From Thermoplasmata archaeon (GTDB lineage: Archaea > Thermoplasmatota > Thermoplasmata > Thermoplasmatales > ARK-15): 64,000 nt of DNA. Below, piece by piece: positions 1 to 9,684 of the stretch. The stretch's first letter is position 1. The number at the start of each line of letters is the position of its first letter. The stretch spans positions 1,210-65,209 of the forward strand of contig JBMFWH010000002.1 of assembly GCA_049965455.1 (NCBI GenBank), written 5' to 3'. The notes under the pieces are model-generated. The model was not told the origin of the DNA, searched no databases, and saw only the letters and a program-made list of their open reading frames with translations. The translations under genes were made by a program, and so were the position numbers.

Positions 1-753
1 ATTCAGCATTGGGCATTTTCTGAACAGAACCTATCTGAAATAAAGGGCATCAAAATAGCATATATGGATCTTGGTGAATATGATAATTCCACGTATCCAA
101 ATTGCACCGTTAACCTTACAGGCATAGTAATTGGCTATGATACTCAGTGGAATCAGCCAATAGTTAATGTTTCATCGCCTGAATGGCTCAATTATACTAT
201 CTGCAGGGTAAAATATGATATGAGTCTGGGATTCAATGGTGTGATGTTCGATGATCTGGATATTGTTGAACAATATCCATGGGAAGCATCAGGAATGGTT
301 AAGATAATAGCCACAATACATAGTGATTTTCCAGGTCTTGTCATTGGTATAAACAGAGGATTTGAATTAATAGATAATTTGTCAGCTTATGTAAATTTCG
401 TAGTCTATGAAGATTTTGGAACATATTATAATTTTACAACGAGCTCATATCAATTTTTAAATGGAACAGAGCTATTAGAGCTGCAAAATATCACAGAGTA
501 TATAAAATCATTGGGATTGCCGGTACTCGGATTGGGATATGCTCCGCAAAACTGTGATTATTATGCAAATTTTGACAGCCGGCTTGGCAAGGAACTGGGC
601 GTTCCCGTATACACCGGAAACTGGAACCTAAGTGAGCTATATATGCCATGTTCACATACTTATTATATTTTCCAAGAAGTGACTCCTCCCACAGCTATCG
701 CAGGAGGCTTCCCGTTTCAGCGACCTGTTTTGCCCTTTTGGGTATTGATCTGA
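1..753 (+). CDS. GH114/TM1410-like TIM-barrel glycosidase-like protein, partial at window edge and 3'-truncated by an IS remnant
   Basis: The frame is open back to position 1, so the 5' end lies outside the window. Motifs IAYMDLGEYD, GVMFDDLD and VVYEDFG resemble GH114-type proteins. From about 650 the frame runs into decayed tnpB sequence on the opposite strand, so the last ~35 aa are probably not native. Confidence 0.4.
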   Translation: MQHWAFSEQNLSEIKGIKIAYMDLGEYDNSTYPNCTVNLTGIVIGYDTQWNQPIVNVSSPEWLNYTICRVKYDMSLGFNGVMFDDLDIVEQYPWEASGMVKIIATIHSDFPGLVIGINRGFELIDNLSAYVNFVVYEDFGTYYNFTTSSYQFLNGTELLELQNITEYIKSLGLPVLGLGYAPQNCDYYANFDSRLGKELGVPVYTGNWNLSELYMPCSHTYYIFQEVTPPTAIAGGFPFQRPVLPFWVLI

Positions 754-1243
754 TCTCCACGGGCGTGTCAATTCGAGAGTGCCCATCCCTACCTTTATCT
801 GGTCTTCAATTTGTAAATGGCAATCCAAATTTCCCCAGTTTGGAAAGTCATACATAACCGTTATCCATTATTTTGAATCCGGATTGTGTCTATCTGATTG
901 AATTGTATCTGTCTCTGGATTTGTATCTGGAAAATCCTGCTCTTATGTTTTTTCCGTTCCTCTTTTCATTTATCCTTCTGTAAAAGTTATCAAATGCCCT
1001 GTCCAGTCTTCTGGCAACATCCTGTATTACAAGTGAATGAATATTCTTGTATTCCGGAAAGATCACTTTTATTTCAGGTATTTCATTCTGCTGTGTATTG
1101 GAATTGACCTTCTTTCCAGATCTGTATGTGTATATCCTTTGCTCTAACATTGCATTGTACATTTCAAGGCACAGATCAAGAGTTGTGCTCAGTGATGTGA
1201 TCTGTGAATCTGAGGGGTATATCCTGAACTTATAGGTTCTCAT
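652..1243 (-). pseudogene. tnpB: tnpB (OrfB, RNA-guided nuclease family) N-terminal remnant
   Basis: MRTYKFRIYP...GFSRYKSRDRYNSIR matches the TnpB/OrfB N-terminus. An in-frame TAG sits at 890-892, the frame continues as TQSGFKIMDNGYV, and then shifts into the 652..855 frame. The RuvC and Zn-finger parts are absent. Confidence 0.75.
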
Positions 1244-1652
1244 TGCCTTTTACCTCCTGTGAATCTACATAATTCTTCAAAACAGCAAGGGTAACCTGCC
1301 CTGAAGTTGCAAGAAAGTATGATGGCGACCAGAACTTTCCCTCCCACAGATCTTTCTTCACTTCAGGAAATTTGCGTTGTATCTCCCTTGATGTTATGGT
1401 CTTGATTGCATTGACAAACTGTGGTATTTTGAGTAATGGTGTGGATTTGAAAAGCATGTGAAAATGATCCGTATCACATTCTATATCCAATACCTCAACA
1501 TTGAATGTTTCAGCTATTTCTCTTATCTTGGTCTTGAGAAGGTCCACAACTGCATCATTGGTGAATACTTTCTTCCTGTATTTTACGACCTGGATAAAAT
1601 GATAATATAATGAATATACGGAATGTGCTCCTTTATCCAGTTCGTAAGGCAT
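1230..1652 (-). CDS. tnpA: IS200/IS605 family Y1 (HUH) transposase TnpA
   Basis: 140 aa with an HUH motif (DHFHMLF) and a C-terminal Tyr region (SPSYFLATSG). Size and order relative to tnpB are typical. Confidence 0.9.
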   Translation of the reverse strand: MPYELDKGAHSVYSLYYHFIQVVKYRKKVFTNDAVVDLLKTKIREIAETFNVEVLDIECDTDHFHMLFKSTPLLKIPQFVNAIKTITSREIQRKFPEVKKDLWEGKFWSPSYFLATSGQVTLAVLKNYVDSQEVKGNENL

Positions 1653-1771
1653 AGTTACGACAACGATTCATACACTATAAACAATTCGCTCGCTTTCAGC
1701 CCGCATATGTTAAATATCAAAAAAAGCTTTTTCATAGAAGTTTTAATCATATTTAAAGAAAAGATTAATAA

Positions 1772-2305
<534 letters not shown>

Positions 2306-2526
2306 TGTTTTAACCTCATCTTTCATCCTTAAAAACGGATTTTCCCTCCGCAAATGTTAAATTTTTCAAATCATTTACAATACAAGATATAATTCAAAAC
2401 GTAGTGTTTTAAGTGGAAATTTTAAATGGATATCACTAATTGTCTATATCTTGTTTATGCAACTGTTCAATAAAAGTATATTTAGTAGGTTGTACATTAT
2501 AAAAACTACAAGAAAGGTGATATAAG

Positions 2527-3663
2527 ATGGATGTAGAGTTGCATAGAGGTTTGAAAGGAGTATACATAACCAATACCGAGTTATGCTATATAGACGGACA
2601 GAACGGAAAGCTGTATTATAGGGGGTATCCAATAGAGGACCTGGCTACGAAATCGAATTTTGAAGAGACTTCGTATCTTCTTCTGAACGGAAAATTGCCG
2701 ACCAAAAAAGAACTTGATGATTTTAAAAAATCATTGGTAAAAAATAGAGAAATACCGGAAGAAGTTACGGACACAATAAAAAAAATTGGAAAAATTGCAC
2801 ACCCGATGGATACTTTGAGAAGTGCAGTATCTATGCTTTCAGCATATGACAAAAACATAACCAATACCAAGCCTGAAGAAAATTATAGAAGAGCTATAGA
2901 GCTAACTGCAAAGATTGCGTCAATTGTAGCAATGACAAAGAGAGTTAGAGAAAACAAGAAGATAATTGAACCGGATGCGAGTCTGGATCATGCTGCAAAC
3001 TTTATGCACATGATGGGGCTTAACACAGATCCATTATCTGTGAAAACAATGGATGTAGCTTTGATTTTACATCTTGAACACGGAATGAATGCGTCTACGT
3101 TTTCCTGCGTAGTCACTGCATCAACATTGGCAGATTTGTATGCATCTATTACCTCAGGTATTGCTACTTTAAAAGGTCCTTTACACGGTGGCGCTAATGA
3201 AAAAGCACTTGCGATGTACAGGGCTATTGGAAAGCCAGAAAATGTTGAAACATATATCCGTGAATCTTTCGATAGAAAAGATAGAATAATGGGCTTTGGC
3301 CACAGAGTTTACAAGAACTACGACCCGAGAGCAAAAATCTTGAGAAAGTACATGGAGGATATCGGGAATAGAAACGGGGACAAGGAAAACCTCTTGAAAA
3401 TCGCATTAAAAGTAGAAGACATGATGATAAAAGAACTGGGTACCACAAAAGGTATCTGGCCAAATGTAGATTCTTTTTCAGGGGTTGTATACAACGATCT
3501 TGGAATTCCTATAGACATGTTCACTCCGATCTTTGCGGTTGGAAGAATTGTTGGATGGAGCGCACATGTAATGGAATATCTTAAAGAGAACGAACTGTTG
3601 AGGCCTCTTGACAATTATATCGGCAAGCTAGACCTAAAGTATGTACCGATAGAGAATCGATAA
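2527..3663 (+). CDS. gltA: citrate synthase
   Basis: 378 aa with LHLEHGMNAST, GPLHGGANE and GFGHRVYKNYDPRA signatures. Confidence 0.93.
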   Translation: MDVELHRGLKGVYITNTELCYIDGQNGKLYYRGYPIEDLATKSNFEETSYLLLNGKLPTKKELDDFKKSLVKNREIPEEVTDTIKKIGKIAHPMDTLRSAVSMLSAYDKNITNTKPEENYRRAIELTAKIASIVAMTKRVRENKKIIEPDASLDHAANFMHMMGLNTDPLSVKTMDVALILHLEHGMNASTFSCVVTASTLADLYASITSGIATLKGPLHGGANEKALAMYRAIGKPENVETYIRESFDRKDRIMGFGHRVYKNYDPRAKILRKYMEDIGNRNGDKENLLKIALKVEDMMIKELGTTKGIWPNVDSFSGVVYNDLGIPIDMFTPIFAVGRIVGWSAHVMEYLKENELLRPLDNYIGKLDLKYVPIENR

Positions 3664-3672
3664 AAAATTCTA

Positions 3673-3688
3673 TTTTTTTCTTTTTTTT
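3673..3688 (+). terminator. oligo-T tract downstream of citrate synthase (archaeal-type terminator)
   Basis: T7-C-T8 lies about 10 nt after the stop codon. Confidence 0.4.
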
Positions 3689-4023
3689 GAACCGATTAAT
3701 CTAATTTTTGGAAGTCTTACTTTATTATTATCATATATCACTCTTCTATTATGGCACTCATATGATGTCAGAAATCGATAGCAATTCATAATATTCTATA
3801 TCTCTTACAGGGTTTAATCCAATATTTTTTGTAATCCTCGGCAATTATGGGAAATATTTAAACCATGAAAAATAAAAAAGCAGCCCAAGTTTTTTTAAGG
3901 TTTGTACGTGGTGAGAATAAAAAAACATAAAGGCAAATATTTACTTAAATGAAAAGCTGGATGAATCGTGTCAACTCTTCGTTGATAATTGCTTATTATT
4001 TCATTTTGTTGAAGGCATAGCTT

Positions 4024-4325
4024 TTATCTGAATAATTTAATTTGAATATTTTTTGAAATATGTGTGGTATGATAACTGATGCTATTTTTAATATTTTCAA
4101 CGAAAAATTGACAGCATCGCTGGATGACATCGCCTATAAAGCTAATAAAAGGATCAACATTACTGGTTTGGACCATTTTAGATCTGTAGAGATCTGTTTG
4201 TAACTTTGACCTTTTTTCTTGGCTCTGACAATGTACCTGATTTTTCGTTCTGTGAGTTTCAGAGAGCTCATAAAAGAGCAATCTCTTTTTATAGTCAAAG
4301 GTTTCGGGACTATACACACATCCAA
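4024..4325 (-). pseudogene. IS transposase N-terminal (HTH) fragment, frameshifted
   Basis: LKLTERKIRYIVRAKKKGQSYKQISTDL looks like an HTH. It is split over two overlapping frames (4134..4325 and 4024..4317) and no catalytic domain follows. Its 5' ~45 nt recur at 61391-61431. Confidence 0.5.
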
Positions 4326-4373
4326 CCTTTACAAAAAAATTAAATAATTTAACAATTATAATGATTTCAGAGA

Positions 4374-5831
4374 GTGGATCTAATGAGTGATAAAATTTTA
4401 AGAGAGCAAGAGAGATTCAAGACACCAAGTAGAAGTGGATCTTCAACATCTTCAGATAGCGACTTTATTGAAAATAAGAGAGAGGTCGCTATAATCGCAG
4501 CAGGGATGACCCAGTTTGGGAAAGCAAGAAGAGACTCTACCCAAGAAGAATTAGTAATGGAAGCAGCAAGAATGGCTCTTTTCGAAAACGACCTAAATAT
4601 TGATGCCCTAGATGTAAAGAATATGATAGATGGTACAGTAGTGAGCTATTTTTCAGACCATTTTGAAAAGCAGTTGCTATTTGGAGCTATAATCCGTGAT
4701 TATTTAGGATTAAACCCATTGCAGAGTGTAAGAGCAGAGGGTGGTGGCGCTACGGGAGGATTAGGAGTTAAGACTGGCTTTGAGATGGTAAAATCTGGTG
4801 ATGCGGATCTCGTACTAGTAGCAGGATTTGAAAAAATGTCGGAAGTCTCGACCAGCAAAGGAAATGAGTTTATAGCTTTAGCTTCGGACACGGATTTTGA
4901 TTATCAGGTTGGTGGTTTTTACACAGCCTATTACGCTGCAATGGCGAATAGGTATATGTACGAGTTCGGAATAACCGAAAAGCAACTTGCTAAAGTAGCA
5001 GTAAAAAATAGAAATAATGCTCAATACAACTTTTTTGCGCAGACTAATGCAAAAAACCCGTTTTCAACAAAGAGCACATCAGGTTTTATAACTATAAATG
5101 ATGTTTACAAATCAGATGTTATTGCCACACCGTTAAAGAGGCTTGATTGTTGCTTGATGAGTGATGGTGCTGCGGTAGTTTTATTAGCGGAAAAAAACCT
5201 TGCAAAAAAATTGACCAAGCATCCTGTATCAATCAGCGGTGTCGGTGGTGGCACAGATACCATGAGACCCGGAGACAGACCAACTATTAAGGGGGGACTT
5301 ATTAAAGAAAATTTATTATTGCCGCATGAAAAAGCAGAATGGTATGAAAACATGGTTTATCCCGGATTGCATTCTTTTAGGGCTGGCAGAAAAGCGGCTA
5401 AGATGGCATATACTATGGCAGGAATAAAAGACCCGTTGAAAGAGATTGATGTTGTAGAACTTCACGATGCCTTTACATCTTCAGAGCTCCAGACTTATGA
5501 AGACCTAGGCTTGGCAAGATATGGAGAGGGTGGTAAATTTATAGACACTGGTAAGTTTGACGATAAAAAAGGTGTATTTGAAGACATAAACCCGAAATTG
5601 GGGGACAGGATACATGTAAATCCCTCTGGTGGGTTAATAGGCTGCATGCACGCCGTTGGAGCCACCGGCATAATGCAAATCGGCAGCGTTTTTTGGCAGA
5701 TACAGAACAGCATAGAAAAGTTCTATGGTAGTGATAAACTGCAGGTTAAAAATGCGAAAAGAGGTTTAGCGCACAGCCATGCTGGGACTGGGTCAGACGT
5801 GACTGTATTTGTCTTAGATAAAGGATGGTGA
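4374..5831 (+). CDS. thiolase-like protein (SCP-x / archaeal acetyl-CoA acetyltransferase type)
   Basis: VAIIAAGMTQFGK, a CCLMSDGAAVV region and NPSGGLIGCMHAVGATG at the C-terminal active-site region. It has a Ser-rich ~35-aa N-terminal extension. Confidence 0.8.
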   Translation: MDLMSDKILREQERFKTPSRSGSSTSSDSDFIENKREVAIIAAGMTQFGKARRDSTQEELVMEAARMALFENDLNIDALDVKNMIDGTVVSYFSDHFEKQLLFGAIIRDYLGLNPLQSVRAEGGGATGGLGVKTGFEMVKSGDADLVLVAGFEKMSEVSTSKGNEFIALASDTDFDYQVGGFYTAYYAAMANRYMYEFGITEKQLAKVAVKNRNNAQYNFFAQTNAKNPFSTKSTSGFITINDVYKSDVIATPLKRLDCCLMSDGAAVVLLAEKNLAKKLTKHPVSISGVGGGTDTMRPGDRPTIKGGLIKENLLLPHEKAEWYENMVYPGLHSFRAGRKAAKMAYTMAGIKDPLKEIDVVELHDAFTSSELQTYEDLGLARYGEGGKFIDTGKFDDKKGVFEDINPKLGDRIHVNPSGGLIGCMHAVGATGIMQIGSVFWQIQNSIEKFYGSDKLQVKNAKRGLAHSHAGTGSDVTVFVLDKGW

Positions 5832-5837
5832 AATAGT

Positions 5838-6365
5838 ATGGTAATAAGCGAGCAATATAGATCTAAAAATAAGGATGCGTTAGTGTTGGAACAGCCGTAT
5901 AATATACTTTATAAACACAGCTTTGGAGAGGTTTCCACATATTTTAAAGGTTTGCATGAACATAAACTTATGGGCACCATATGCAGAAATAAAGAGCATC
6001 ATAAAAACAAGCAAGATATTCTGTTTCTACCACCTAGAGCAGATTGCCCAGAATGTATGAGAGAATTGGATGAATGGGTAGAGGTACAGGATATGGATAT
6101 AAGAATATACACCTTCACAAACATGTATTTTGCAGGAGAAAGTTTCTTAGATAAACTTCCCTTAACACTGATCAATATTGACGTACAAGGATTTGATAAT
6201 TCTTATTCCAAGCTTATAAGCATTCTCGTAACCGATGAAAAGGGAGAGATAAATATAGACAAGAAAGATGTAAGGATAGGTATGAAAATTAAGCCTAAGT
6301 TTAAGGATGTACCACTGGAAAAAGTGGATGCTTCTACTCTATATTTCGTACCGTTAGAAAAATGA
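5838..6365 (+). CDS. DUF35-type OB-fold/zinc-ribbon protein (thiolase partner)
   Basis: Zn-ribbon C..(n)..CPEC followed by an OB-like C-terminus. It lies 6 nt downstream of the thiolase gene, the usual archaeal pairing. Confidence 0.7.
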   Translation: MVISEQYRSKNKDALVLEQPYNILYKHSFGEVSTYFKGLHEHKLMGTICRNKEHHKNKQDILFLPPRADCPECMRELDEWVEVQDMDIRIYTFTNMYFAGESFLDKLPLTLINIDVQGFDNSYSKLISILVTDEKGEINIDKKDVRIGMKIKPKFKDVPLEKVDASTLYFVPLEK

Positions 6366-6616
6366 TTTTAGGTATCGGGGTTTAAAAACATTTTTTTATT
6401 TTTTATATTGATTTTTTTAATAAAGAGTAAGGGAATTGTTCTTTGGATCATCAAAATTTACATTATTAACGCCAAAGAAGTAAATTCATGATAGGGAAGA
6501 TATCTTATTTCATGAATATTATAAAAAAGCAACAATTATCTTTATATTTTTACTTTATACTATGATATATGTGTGTTATTTGTTATCAAATATCAGATTA
6601 AATATATATAGTATAA

Positions 6617-8050
6617 ATGCATCTAAGATATAGGAATTGTACAGAAAACAAGGAGGAACGGACTATGAAGTGGATTTACTACGATAGAAATAAAAAAATG
6701 ATAACTCTGGTAATAATAGTAATGTTGATGAGCCCAATACTTGTCTTTTGTTTAACAGACGATTATGCTCAGAACCAGAACAGCACACATAATGTGAAGA
6801 CACCAATATCAGGATCTTTACCGATATATATGTCCCCATTGGATCAAAATATTTTTGGCTTAATACATTCAAACATTGCCAATGTAATGATGACCAATTC
6901 ATTTATTGCTCCAAATGTTACTGTAATTTTGTTGGGGAATAATTATCTGGCTGAAACCAGTTCTACCGGGCTATTAAACATGTTTTCTACGAAAATGCAT
7001 AATGGATATGGATTTTCTGTAATAATATATGGATCATACAGCCAGAGGCATAGGTTTTTTGATGCGTGGTTTGAAGCCTTACAACTTAATAAATTAAGAA
7101 TGCCAGTCGTTTTTGCGTCTACTGTTAACGGGGATAAAAGCAATTTACAATTAGATTCTTTCATTTACAGTGCACCGGCTGTGGCTATTTCTTTAGCCCC
7201 CTATGGTATGTATGTAATCACTAATGGTACAAATATATATAGTGGCATTATCACTGCTGTCAACAAATTCTCAAATGAGGCAACTGTTAATGGTGCTTTA
7301 GTTTCTGATTATACTAATCAAAAACAATATTCATACTCTCCTATGGTGATCACTGAAAACACTTTCACTAATTACCTAGGCTATTTAGGGTGGTATTCAA
7401 ATAATGCATATTCATATGTATGGCCATTTGGGCCTAATGTAAAAGCTGCCACTCAAGAAACTGCAGTAGATTACTATGAGGCACAAACTACTAACGCAAA
7501 AGGTACATGGTACTTTTTCTTAGCATATACTCGCAATACAGTCTTTATGTATTCATATTCTAGGTATTCTTTTACATTAAGTAACATGGAGTCTATTACT
7601 AACTGGAACCCAACAAACTTTGCAGGACAAGTGCTTTATGATTGGGGCCCTACCAATAGTGGCTCAACTTCAGATATGACCTATTCTCTTTCTGCAGGTG
7701 TTAGCGGCGTTGGCGTTTCTGTAAGTTATAGTGAGCAAAATGGGATACCAATAAACTGGCAGGACAAGACAAATCCGAGTTCTGGCTATGTAAATACTGA
7801 TGAGCAGTTAGGCAGTATCAAAGACCCTGCAAAAGATTATATAACTTACGAAGTAAATCCATCATCTATTGGATTATTAGATCCAACTAAATCAGGAGGT
7901 TCTCCACCATTAATAGGCACACAAATATTCGGGGTAAATGGAGGTAATGAAAACGTTTTTATTTCTGGATGGTCATCGCAAATATCATGGAATTTTGCAT
8001 TATGGCCTACTTCTGTAGATCTTAATGGTGGGGCATGGAATAGTAGCTAA
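6617..8050 (+). CDS. hypothetical membrane-anchored/exported protein, Asn/Ser/Thr/Tyr-rich
   Basis: N-terminal hydrophobic segment (ITLVIIVMLMSPILVFCL); the likely start is M at 6665. The large extracytoplasmic part has no motif I can assign. Confidence 0.5.
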   Translation: MHLRYRNCTENKEERTMKWIYYDRNKKMITLVIIVMLMSPILVFCLTDDYAQNQNSTHNVKTPISGSLPIYMSPLDQNIFGLIHSNIANVMMTNSFIAPNVTVILLGNNYLAETSSTGLLNMFSTKMHNGYGFSVIIYGSYSQRHRFFDAWFEALQLNKLRMPVVFASTVNGDKSNLQLDSFIYSAPAVAISLAPYGMYVITNGTNIYSGIITAVNKFSNEATVNGALVSDYTNQKQYSYSPMVITENTFTNYLGYLGWYSNNAYSYVWPFGPNVKAATQETAVDYYEAQTTNAKGTWYFFLAYTRNTVFMYSYSRYSFTLSNMESITNWNPTNFAGQVLYDWGPTNSGSTSDMTYSLSAGVSGVGVSVSYSEQNGIPINWQDKTNPSSGYVNTDEQLGSIKDPAKDYITYEVNPSSIGLLDPTKSGGSPPLIGTQIFGVNGGNENVFISGWSSQISWNFALWPTSVDLNGGAWNSS

Positions 8051-8381
8051 AACTCAAAACATAATAGCGAAGACAAAAAGCAAACAATGACCCAATTTTT
8101 ATATTTTTTTATTAAATGTATTGCCACATACATGTTGAAATTTGTATTCTATCCCGTTCCATTATATGGCCTTAATTTTACAAGATCTTGGATCGTTCGT
8201 ATAAATCAGGCCTGCTAAAGCTTCGCTATATTCATCCTTGCATTGATATCTTAGTAACGCGTGATCACTATGGATAATTAGTTCTGAAACTGCAGATATA
8301 TTAAGTATATATAATACACCTTTTCTGCTCTTCTTTGTTTCTTCTCTTTTCGCTAAACTCTATTTTAAACTTTTAGATAAG

Positions 8382-8467
8382 CGCCGGAGGGGAGATTTGA
8401 ACTCCCGCTCCCCTTAACGGAGAACAGGCTCTCCAGGCCTGCGCCTTTGCCGCTCGGCTACTCCGGC
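8382..8467 (-). tRNA. tRNA-Ser (anticodon GGA)
   Basis: The reverse complement folds as a cloverleaf: acceptor GCCGGAG/CTCCGGC, anticodon stem CAGGC/GCCTG with loop CT-GGA-GA, a long variable arm, and T-arm GGGAG-TTCAAAT-CTCCC. No encoded CCA. Confidence 0.9.
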
Positions 8468-8724
8468 AATAAATATATCAGCGTATGTTAGGAAAATTTT
8501 TATCCCATACCTTGCGAATGGGAACTCCCAGCTCCTAAGTGTTAAAAGCTTATTCTGAAGAAGATCAAGTATGGATCTCAATTTCAGATGATATAAATAA
8601 ATGCATTATATGAACTTTACGGGGGGTTAGAAAAAGCACACGCATTCTAAAACACAGATCCCCTTAAACATAAGATTTAAATAATATATAGATATATAAG
8701 TTATCTATTACTGAAATAGATATT

Positions 8725-8925
8725 AATGCTAAAAAAATACGATTAAGTTTGATATATACATCGTTAGGGCACTTTTTAAATGATGGTGCTTACTTTTTGT
8801 TTCCAATAGTAGTAACATTTTTTTCCGTTCAAAAAGGTTTCTCACCACTGATGATTACTGCCATGTTTGCAGCTTTTTATGCAGCATCAATGATATTTAC
8901 AACCTTGGAAATGGTGCATCAGTAA
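8725..8925 (+). pseudogene. N-terminal fragment of a polytopic transporter (MFS-like)
   Basis: Translates to ...LSLIYTSLGHFLNDGAYFLFPIVVTFFSVQKGFSPLMITAMFAAFYAASMIFTTLEMVHQ*, which is two TM helices and then a stop. No continuation follows. Confidence 0.3.
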
Positions 8926-8933
8926 TTGTTCCT

Positions 8934-9395
8934 TTGATAGGCATAGACATATATGGTTTTAGTAGTGGAGGTGGAGGATGTGTATTAAACAATACTTATA
9001 TTACACTAGCAAACAGAGAACAGGTACCTGTACAAGACCTGAAGGTTGGCGATGAACTCTTATCTTACAACTATAATATAGGGCAATATGTGACTGCTGA
9101 AGTAAGTAATATTTCGGCAAGTAATGTTACAAATATAATAGACATAAATAATGGCTCTTTGTATATGTCTGGACTTGGAGATCAGCCTATGCTCGTGAAA
9201 ATGCAAGATGGTGTGATCGAAACTACTACCTTGGGGCAATTAAATTACGGTATGCAGGTATATGTACCTTTGTTGCTTAAATGGATACCCATCACAAGCA
9301 TAAAGTTGTTAACAGGATCGTTTACAGTATATGACATAAAAACCATAGGCAACGTTGATTATATTGCGAATGGAGTACTGATAATACCAAAATAA
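8934..9395 (+). CDS. Hint (Hedgehog/intein-like) domain protein, probably a degenerate fragment
   Basis: GGGG-C followed by VLNNTYITLANREQVPVQDLKVGDELLS corresponds to intein block A. VYDIKTIGNVDYIANGVLIIPK corresponds to blocks F/G but lacks the terminal HN. The block B His is Gln (LGDQPMLV). Only a TTG start is available. Confidence 0.6.
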   Translation: MIGIDIYGFSSGGGGCVLNNTYITLANREQVPVQDLKVGDELLSYNYNIGQYVTAEVSNISASNVTNIIDINNGSLYMSGLGDQPMLVKMQDGVIETTTLGQLNYGMQVYVPLLLKWIPITSIKLLTGSFTVYDIKTIGNVDYIANGVLIIPK

Positions 9396-9403
9396 CTTTC
9401 AGG

Positions 9404-9502
9404 TTATTACAAAAAATATAATCTCTATCTTTTAAATACAGTGAAAATTACGCATAATACTCGCTTTTATGAAAACTTAACTTCAGAATCGTGACCTATT
9501 AC
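9404..9502 (+). mobile_element. MITE family 1, 5'-truncated copy
   Basis: Right-hand ~99 nt of the 174-bp element, ending in ACTTCAGAATCGTGACCTATTAC. Confidence 0.85.
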
Positions 9503-9510
9503 CAAAAATA

Positions 9511-9684
9511 GTAACTGGTCACGATTATGAAGTGACGATATAACAGAAAGTGCCTTTAATACAATATATTTTTAATTTATTATTATTACAAAATAAAATA
9601 TATTATCTATCCTTTAAATACGGTAAAAATTACGCATAATACTCGTTTTTATGAAAACTTAACTTCAGAATCGTGACCTATTAC
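9511..9684 (+). mobile_element. MITE family 1, complete copy
   Basis: TIRs GTAACTGGTCACGATTATGAAGT / ACTTCAGAATCGTGACCTATTAC. 8-bp TSD CAAAAATA at 9503-9510 and 9685-9692. Confidence 0.9.

Larger units (their letters stand above)
650..1760 (-). mobile_element. IS200/IS605-family element remnant (tnpA intact, tnpB truncated, right end missing)
   Basis: It contains the tnpA-tnpB pair with the typical 14-nt overlap. tnpB is broken and ends about 650 inside the glycosidase-like gene. The left-end boundary (~1760) is approximate. Confidence 0.6.

Noticed and set aside
1701-1715. The 15-mer CCGCA(T/A)ATGTTAAAT at 1701-1715 and 2348-2362 flanks nadM, and a looser copy lies at 10067-10082. I considered IS200/IS605 end signals or a shared regulatory site.
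   Set aside because: A rough estimate shows that 14/15 matches between AT-rich 15-mers are expected many times by chance in 64 kb on both strands. No associated hairpins or consistent distance to genes were found.
8515-8545. The sequence GAATGGGAACTCCCAGCTCCTAAG upstream of tRNA-Ser resembles the tRNA T-arm/variable-arm segment (GATTTGAACTCCCGCTCCCCTTAAC). I considered it a possible att remnant.
   Set aside because: Only an 8-nt exact core with indels around it. It sits on the 5' side of the tRNA, which does not fit the usual 3'-end integration geometry. Too weak to call.
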